Source: an uncultured Deinococcaceae bacterium
GTDB lineage: Bacteria; Deinococcota; Deinococci; Deinococcales; Deinococcaceae
Assembly: GCA_963714515.1 (NCBI GenBank)
Contig: CAVQOU010000001.1
Location: 205,637-269,636, forward strand
DNA: 64,000 nucleotides
Direction of reading: 5' to 3'
In this document: one piece after another, positions 56,829 through 64,000 of the stretch
How positions within the stretch are numbered: the first letter of the stretch is position 1
Layout of the letters: each line of letters opens with the position of its first letter
Translations under genes and position numbers: made by a program
The notes under the pieces: model-generated
Databases searched by the model: none
The model's input: the letters and a program-made list of their open reading frames with translations, nothing else
Told to the model about the DNA's origin: nothing

Positions 56829-58472
56829 TCAGTGGCCCTTGAAGGCTTCCTGCAACCACCACGCCCCGCCGTCTGAGGCGATCTTGGCGTCAATAACCAG
56901 CGGGCGCGGCGGCGGTGCGGCCAGCCAGTCCTGTACGGCCCCCAGGTCGCCGAGGGTCCGTACCGTCACGCCGTCGGCCCCAAAGCCGCGTCCCAGCGCG
57001 GCGATGTCGGTGTCGGGAAAACAGACAGTGGCGTGGTCGTCTCCCACGAAGTGGTGTACCTCCGCGCCGTAGGCGGCGTCGTTGTAAATGACGCACACCA
57101 GCGGCAACTGAAGCCGCACCGCCGTTTCCAGTTCGCTGATCGCCATCAGAAAGCCGCCGTCGCCGCTGCCCAGCACCGGCAAGCGCCCCGGCTGAGCGAG
57201 CGCCGCGCCGATGGCGCTGCCCAGGCCCAGGCCAATGCTCTGAAACGCCTGGGTAAAACAAAATCCGAATTCATCCGGCACCGACAGGTAAGTGCTGGGA
57301 TAGCCCATGAAGTTGCCGGAATCAATCGCCACGACGCGCTCTTTGGGCAGCAGGTCGTCCAGCGCTCGGCTGAGCACTCTGGGGTCAATGCGCTCATTGG
57401 TGGAGAGATCGGGCGTCGGGGTGTCGCGCCAGCGCGAGCGCCGGGCCACCGCCTCCGCGACCTGCGCCGTGCGGTACTTGGTCTGCGGAGCGGAGAACTG
57501 ACTTCGCCACAGACCGAGCACGTCGGCGGCGGTCTGGGCGCAGTCGCCGCGCACGCCCAGCGTGATGGGCCGGTTGCTGCCGAGCGCGGCGTCTTCCACG
57601 TCTACCTGCACCACCCTGGTGTCGGGCCCGATGAGGTGCCCGTGGCGCATTGTCCACATGTTGAGGGTGCAGCCCCAGGCCACGATCAAATCGGCGTTCC
57701 GAATGAGTTCGGCGCTCAGCGGCGAGGAAAACCCGCCGGAGATGCCCAAATTGAACGCCTCGCCCTCGAACAGACCGTGCGCCACGGCAGAGGTCGCCAG
57801 CAGCGCCCCGCACTTGTGCGCCAACGCCCGCAGCTCGGCCTTGGCGTGCCTCGCGCCGCGCCCCGCCACGAACACCGGACGCTCGGCGGCGGCGAGCAAC
57901 TCGGCCAGCGCCTGGACAGAGGCGGCGTCAGGCCGTACCCGCTGCGCCGGCGGCAAGCTCACCTCTTCCTGCAACGCGGGCGCGTCGGCGGCCTGCACGT
58001 CCAGCGGCACCGACAGCACCACCGTGCGCCGCTCGTGAACGGCGGTGCGGTAGGCCCGGACGGTGTCGGCCACCGCGCTGGCCGGTGAGTAGACCCGCTC
58101 GGCCACCGCGCCGATGCTGCGGGCCAGCGCGTCCTGATCGATGCGGAAGTTGGAGCGCACCGCCGCCGCCTGGGTATCGGCGGTCACGGCCAGCAGCGGC
58201 GTGCGGCTCTTGGCCGCCTCGGTCAGGCCGGTGACCGCGTTGGTCAGGCCGCAGCCCTGGTGGGTGCTCAGCACGGCGAGCTGGCCGGACATCCGGGCGT
58301 AGGCGTCGGCCATGCTCGCCGCGCCGCCCTCGTGCCGGGCCGCCGTGAACGGCACGCCGCCGCGCCGCAGGGCATTGGTCAGGTGAAAGTTGCCGCTGCC
58401 CACCACCCCGAAGGCGTGGCCCACCCCCAGCCGCGCCAGGGTCAGGCCCACCGCCTCGGCCACCGTCGTCAT
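56829..58472 (-). CDS. Thiamine pyrophosphate-dependent enzyme (acetolactate synthase-like family)
   Basis: ARHEGGA..MADAYAR, GDGGF...NDAAYG TPP motif. Confidence 0.9.
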   Translation of the reverse strand: MTTVAEAVGLTLARLGVGHAFGVVGSGNFHLTNALRRGGVPFTAARHEGGAASMADAYARMSGQLAVLSTHQGCGLTNAVTGLTEAAKSRTPLLAVTADTQAAAVRSNFRIDQDALARSIGAVAERVYSPASAVADTVRAYRTAVHERRTVVLSVPLDVQAADAPALQEEVSLPPAQRVRPDAASVQALAELLAAAERPVFVAGRGARHAKAELRALAHKCGALLATSAVAHGLFEGEAFNLGISGGFSSPLSAELIRNADLIVAWGCTLNMWTMRHGHLIGPDTRVVQVDVEDAALGSNRPITLGVRGDCAQTAADVLGLWRSQFSAPQTKYRTAQVAEAVARRSRWRDTPTPDLSTNERIDPRVLSRALDDLLPKERVVAIDSGNFMGYPSTYLSVPDEFGFCFTQAFQSIGLGLGSAIGAALAQPGRLPVLGSGDGGFLMAISELETAVRLQLPLVCVIYNDAAYGAEVHHFVGDDHATVCFPDTDIAALGRGFGADGVTVRTLGDLGAVQDWLAAPPPRPLVIDAKIASDGGAWWLQEAFKGH

Positions 58473-59247
58473 GCGCTCCCGACCAAGGCGTAGACCCGCG
58501 CCGGGCTGCCGGTGCCGCCCACGATCGGCAGCGGCGCGACGACCAGCAGTGCGCCGGACGCGGGCAACTGATCGAGGTTGATCAACGAGGTCAGCCCGTA
58601 GCGGTCGTGGCCCAGCAGGTAATGGTGAACCGGAAACGCCGGTTCAAAGCCGCCCGCCGCGCCCGCATCGATGCCCACCGTCTTCGACCCCGAAGCCGGA
58701 CACGGCGGGGTGTTCGGCCAGCCAGCGGGCGCAGGCCACCGAGGGACCGGGGGTGTGCGGGCCGCCCTCGTCGGCGTTCAGAAAGCGCCCGGCGTCGGTG
58801 TTGCGCTCGCTCCAGCCGGTGCGCAGCAGCACCCAGCAGTTGTGCGGGAGGGAACCGTGCTGGGCTTCCCAGGCCATAAGGTGTTCGGGTTCGAGCAGCA
58901 CGTCGGGATTGGCTTTGGCCTCGGCGCTCAGGTTGATCACCACCGCTGGTCCGATCAGGCGGGCCGGCTTCGATCTGGTGCACTGCCTTACCGTCTTTGC
59001 CGGTGATCCAGTGAACCGGGGCGTCCAGGTGGGTGCCGGTATGCTCGCCCATCCTGATGTTGCTCCAGGCCCAGGCGGGCCCCGCCGCGTCGTAAGCGCT
59101 GAGGGTCTCCAGCTGAAAGGTCGCGGTGTTGGCAAACGGCGCGGGCAGTTGCAGCACCGGGGTCTGGGCACTCAGCGGAGCGGTCAGGTCAACGATACGC
59201 AGGCGGCCAGTGGCCAGCTCGGACACAACGTCTTGCAGGATGGTCAT
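58469..59247 (-). CDS. Cyclase family metal-dependent hydrolase (kynurenine formamidase-like); two frameshifts
   Basis: VDLT, EHTGTHLDAP, LLRTGWS, P...GGTGSPARV. Confidence 0.82.
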
Positions 59248-59639
59248 GCGGCTCTCCTTGGGTGATGGTTAGGCGGGGCGGCCCTATGTAAAGTCTGGTG
59301 GACCTCGGTGAAGCGCGGAGACTCTTGGGGCGCGGTCTAGCTTTTGACAAGCAGTTGCCGGTCACTTCTGAGACTTTCTTGAGTGGCCGGCTCGCCGCGC
59401 ACTCGGCCACCCCTGGGCGGTGCAGCAGCGCTGCTGTCCCTTCCGGCGCGGCCATATTGTAGCCGCTGGAGACAACCATGTCGTCGCGGCGGGCCTGATC
59501 CCCCGCTTCAAAATCTTCAGGTTTGGGGCCCGTTGCCTCTGGTCTGAGCGCAGGTGGCCCAACCCGGCAGGCTCGCGGCTCGGGTAGACTCGCCGGGGGA
59601 GGCTGTGGAGGTGGGCTGGCCCACACCGGGACTGGGACG

Positions 59640-59927
59640 CCCGGTGACCTGGATGAGTACGGGCGCGGCCTGCCGGTGGTTCGGGGCGGGGTGAGCCTCA
59701 CTGGCGCTTGCCCACTCGGTTCTGGCCGAGGTCAGCTCGTCGTTCCTGGGCTTTCAGCGGCCTAGACCCAGCTGGGATTTATGCTCAACGCCGCGCAAGG
59801 CTCCCTGACCGAAGTGCGGTGGACGGCGCTGTTTCCCGGCCTCGCTATCTTCCTGGCGGTGCTGGCCTTCAACCTGATCGGCGACGGTTTGCGGGAGGCG
59901 CTCGGCCCGCACAGCCGCAAATCCTGA
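59640..59927 (+). pseudogene. Decayed remnant of an OppC/DppC-type ABC permease
   Basis: DEYGR fragment, then [38 protein letters not shown]; most of the gene missing. Confidence 0.75.
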
Positions 59928-59959
59928 TTCACCATTCACTCTCAAACTCTGAGGTTGCT

Positions 59960-61546
<1,587 letters not shown>

Positions 61547-61607
61547 TACTGAACGTTGCCCGGCCACGGGCTGAGGCACACTGCGCTGCGGACGCTCCTG
61601 GCCTGGA

Positions 61608-62825
61608 TCAGTTGCTGGGCCGGGCGGCCTTGCCGTGGCGAACGTAGAGCATCAGCCCGCAGGCCAACGTCGCCAGCGCCGCGCACAGCCCGAAGACGCT
61701 GTGGTAGCCGAACAGCTGCGCCCAGCCGCCGAACAGCGCTCCGGCCAGCACGCTGCCGGCGTTGCTGGTGTTGGCGAACAAGGTGGTGGACGCCCCGACG
61801 CGCCCCGGCATCAGGTCCTGGAAGTAGGCCATGCCCAGCCCCGCCGAGATGGCAATCGCCACCGCCCTCAGCAGCTGAGCAAGCGCCAGCATCCAGAAGC
61901 TGCCGGAGAAGGCCACCAGCGTCACGTAGCCGGCCAGCAGGCCGAAGCCCACCACCATCATGCTGGCCGGCGACATCCGGCGCGGGCGCAGCACGAAGCT
62001 GAGCATCACCGGAATTTCGATCAGCGCGCACAGCCCCACCAGAAAGCCGACCTGCTGGCTGGTGCCGCCCAGCGTCTGGGTGACGTACAGCGGCAGGGCC
62101 GAGGAGCCCATCGAGAGCGCGGTGGAGTACAGGACGAAGCTCAGGGCGATCAGCTGAAGTTGCCGGGCCGTGACCGGGTTGGCGTGCGGCGCGGCGTGCG
62201 GGGTCTGCTCCGGCGCGGCGTGCGCTTGGGTACGGGCACGCCGGGCGCTCCCGAGCAGCACCGGCAGGGCACCGAGCCCGAAGGCGGCGGCAGTAAAAGC
62301 GAACAGGCCGCCGAAACTGTAGGCCCCCAGCAGCGCCGCGCCGAGCAGTGGCCCGCCCACCCAGGCCAGCGAGAACATTGAGCGCAGGGTGGTCAGGCCG
62401 TGCTGGGTGGCCCCGGGCCCGGCGGGGGAGAGCTGCACCCGGGCGTAGGCGAACAGCTGCGGAAACGCCGAGGCCCCGGTACCGAGCAGCAGGCCGCCGA
62501 TGAGCAGCAGCAGCGGATAACTGGTGGTGGTGGTCAGCAGCAGGTAAGCGCACATGGCGCTCAAAAAGCTCAGCAGCACCAGCGGCCGCCGGCTCGGCAG
62601 GCGGTCGGACCAGCGGCCGATCAGGGTGCTGATCAGGATGCTGCACAGCGAGTTGCTGGTCAAAAAGAGGCCCAGCTGGAGCGGCGTCATGTGCGCGGCC
62701 CTCACCGCGAAGAGCGGCAGGTAAGGCAGCGCCGACGAGGACGCCACGCCCAGCGCGAAAATTGCCGCCGCCATGCGCGGCACTGCCGGAATCCGCCACA
62801 GCGTCCGAAACGAGGCGGCCTGCAT
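61608..62825 (-). CDS. MFS transporter (sugar efflux SetA-like)
   Basis: G.WSDR, PQLFAYAR, LRS.FSLAWV.GP, EIPVM, YFQDLMPGR.G. Confidence 0.88.
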   Translation of the reverse strand: MQAASFRTLWRIPAVPRMAAAIFALGVASSSALPYLPLFAVRAAHMTPLQLGLFLTSNSLCSILISTLIGRWSDRLPSRRPLVLLSFLSAMCAYLLLTTTTSYPLLLLIGGLLLGTGASAFPQLFAYARVQLSPAGPGATQHGLTTLRSMFSLAWVGGPLLGAALLGAYSFGGLFAFTAAAFGLGALPVLLGSARRARTQAHAAPEQTPHAAPHANPVTARQLQLIALSFVLYSTALSMGSSALPLYVTQTLGGTSQQVGFLVGLCALIEIPVMLSFVLRPRRMSPASMMVVGFGLLAGYVTLVAFSGSFWMLALAQLLRAVAIAISAGLGMAYFQDLMPGRVGASTTLFANTSNAGSVLAGALFGGWAQLFGYHSVFGLCAALATLACGLMLYVRHGKAARPSN

Positions 62826-62850
62826 CAGCGCTGGTAGGGCACTTGGCGCT

Positions 62851-63852
62851 TCATTCCGGCGCTCCGGCGAGAATCTGCTCGATCATCTCCAGCTCACCCG
62901 CCTCAAACGCTGGAGCGCTCAGCGCCCCCAGAGCGTCAGTGATCTGGGCCGGGCGGCTCGCGCCGATCAGCGCCGAGGTCACTTCCGGGTGGCGCAGCAC
63001 CCAGGCCAGCGCCATCTGCGCCAGCGTCTGCCCGCGCTGTTGGGCCAGATTATTCAAGCGGTGGATCTGCTCCAGTCTCCCGGGCGTCACCTGATCGGCT
63101 TTCAGGAAGGTGCCGGGGGTGGCGGCCCGCGAGCCTCCCGGGATGCCGTTCAGGTACTTGTCGGTCAGCAGGCCCTGGGCCAGCGGGCTGAAGACGATGC
63201 TGCCGATGCCCTCCTCGCGTAGCACGCCCAGGAGGTCCGGCTCGATCCAGCGCTCGTACATGCTGTATTTGGGCTGGTGAATCAGGCAGGGGGTTCCCAG
63301 CTCGCGCAAGATGGCCGCCGCCTGCCGGGTCAGTGCCGCCGGGTAATTGCTGACACCCACGTACAGCGCCCGCCCGCTGCGAACAATCTGATCGAGCGCC
63401 CCCATCGTTTCTTCCAGCGGCGTTTGCGGGTCGGGACGGTGGTGGTAGAAGATGTCGACGTAATCGAGCTTCATGCGCCTCAGGCTCTGGTCCAGACTCG
63501 ACACCAGGTATTTGCGGCTGCCCCCGTCGCCGTAGGGCCCCGGCCACATCCCGTAGCCCGCCTTGCTGCTGATAATCAGCTCGTCGCGGTACGGCAAGAA
63601 GTCCTGCTGGAGCAGGGTACCGAACGTTTCCTCGGCGCTGCCGGGCGGCGGGCCGTAGTTGTTGGCGAGGTCAAAATGGGTGACGCCGCCGTCGAAGGCC
63701 GTTCTCAGCATCTCGCGGGCGTTTTCCAGTCGGTTCACGCCGCCGAAGTTATGCCACAGCCCCAGCGAGATGGCCGGGAGCTTGAGGCCGCTGTGGCCGC
63801 AGCGGCGGTAGGGGAGGGTGTCGTAGCGGTCGGGCCGGGGTTGATAGGACAT
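62851..63852 (-). CDS. mgrA: L-glyceraldehyde 3-phosphate reductase (YghZ/Gpr-type aldo-keto reductase)
   Basis: YRRCG.SGLKLP.ISLGLWHNFG, HFDLANNYGPPPGSAE, SKAGY.MWPGPYG, YVDIFYHHRPD. Confidence 0.92.
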   Translation of the reverse strand: MSYQPRPDRYDTLPYRRCGHSGLKLPAISLGLWHNFGGVNRLENAREMLRTAFDGGVTHFDLANNYGPPPGSAEETFGTLLQQDFLPYRDELIISSKAGYGMWPGPYGDGGSRKYLVSSLDQSLRRMKLDYVDIFYHHRPDPQTPLEETMGALDQIVRSGRALYVGVSNYPAALTRQAAAILRELGTPCLIHQPKYSMYERWIEPDLLGVLREEGIGSIVFSPLAQGLLTDKYLNGIPGGSRAATPGTFLKADQVTPGRLEQIHRLNNLAQQRGQTLAQMALAWVLRHPEVTSALIGASRPAQITDALGALSAPAFEAGELEMIEQILAGAPE

Positions 63853-63881
63853 GCGGTCTCCAGGCGGTGAACGCCAGATCA

Positions 63882-63895
63882 TGTGAACGTTCACA
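63882..63895. promoter_or_regulatory. Perfect LacI-type palindrome TGTGAACGTTCACA
   Basis: 14-bp palindrome with central CG about 30 bp upstream of the AKR start. Confidence 0.65.
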
Positions 63896-64000
63896 GCGCA
63901 GCGGGTTCAGCTCCAGCCTAACCCTTTTTCTGTGCCCTGCCTACCGGAGCTGGCCACGCTCAGGAGCGGTTGTCCAGCCAGCGCCGGGCGTACTTTTCGG

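Noticed and set aside
59250-59640. Short ORFs between the cyclase and the permease remnant
   Set aside because: No motifs or clear start signals; probably promoter plus decayed sequence

Overview
A GC-rich bacterial window, most likely from a Deinococcus secondary replicon (chromid or megaplasmid). That call is inferred from the plasmid-type parAB pair, many leaderless TANNNT-N5-7-ATG gene starts and the overall gene repertoire. It is an accessory-metabolism region: preT-like oxidoreductase, xylAB, tdh-kbl, a secreted metzincin/FG-GAP propeller protein, cell-wall amino-sugar recycling genes (peptide-type ABC + anmK; sugar kinase + murQ), a subtilase, two 2-hydroxyacid oxidases, a plsC-like/YnjBCD-like ABC/FMO/disulfide-reductase block, parAB, a Zn/Cd efflux operon, P450/MarR, modAB with regulator, htrA, a large M24/M29 peptidase-ABC-oxidase cluster, TPP enzyme/cyclase, ggt, MFS and an aldo-keto reductase. 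About 15 genes carry small frameshifts that look like assembly indels. No rRNA, tRNA, CRISPR array or transposase was recognised. Best leads: (1) an 83-aa secreted peptide (44747-44998) whose C-terminus maps exactly onto a two-disulfide beta-hairpin, sitting in an island with an unknown secreted protein and htrA; (2) an 11-bp-period GGTATT direct-repeat operator shared by the anmK/ABC and kinase-murQ loci 23 kb apart, next to a lectin-like propeller protease; (3) an 18-bp palindrome on both sides of parAB (candidate parS); (4) a head-to-head duplicated M24 peptidase pair with a duplicated operator in an uncharacterised peptide-catabolism system.
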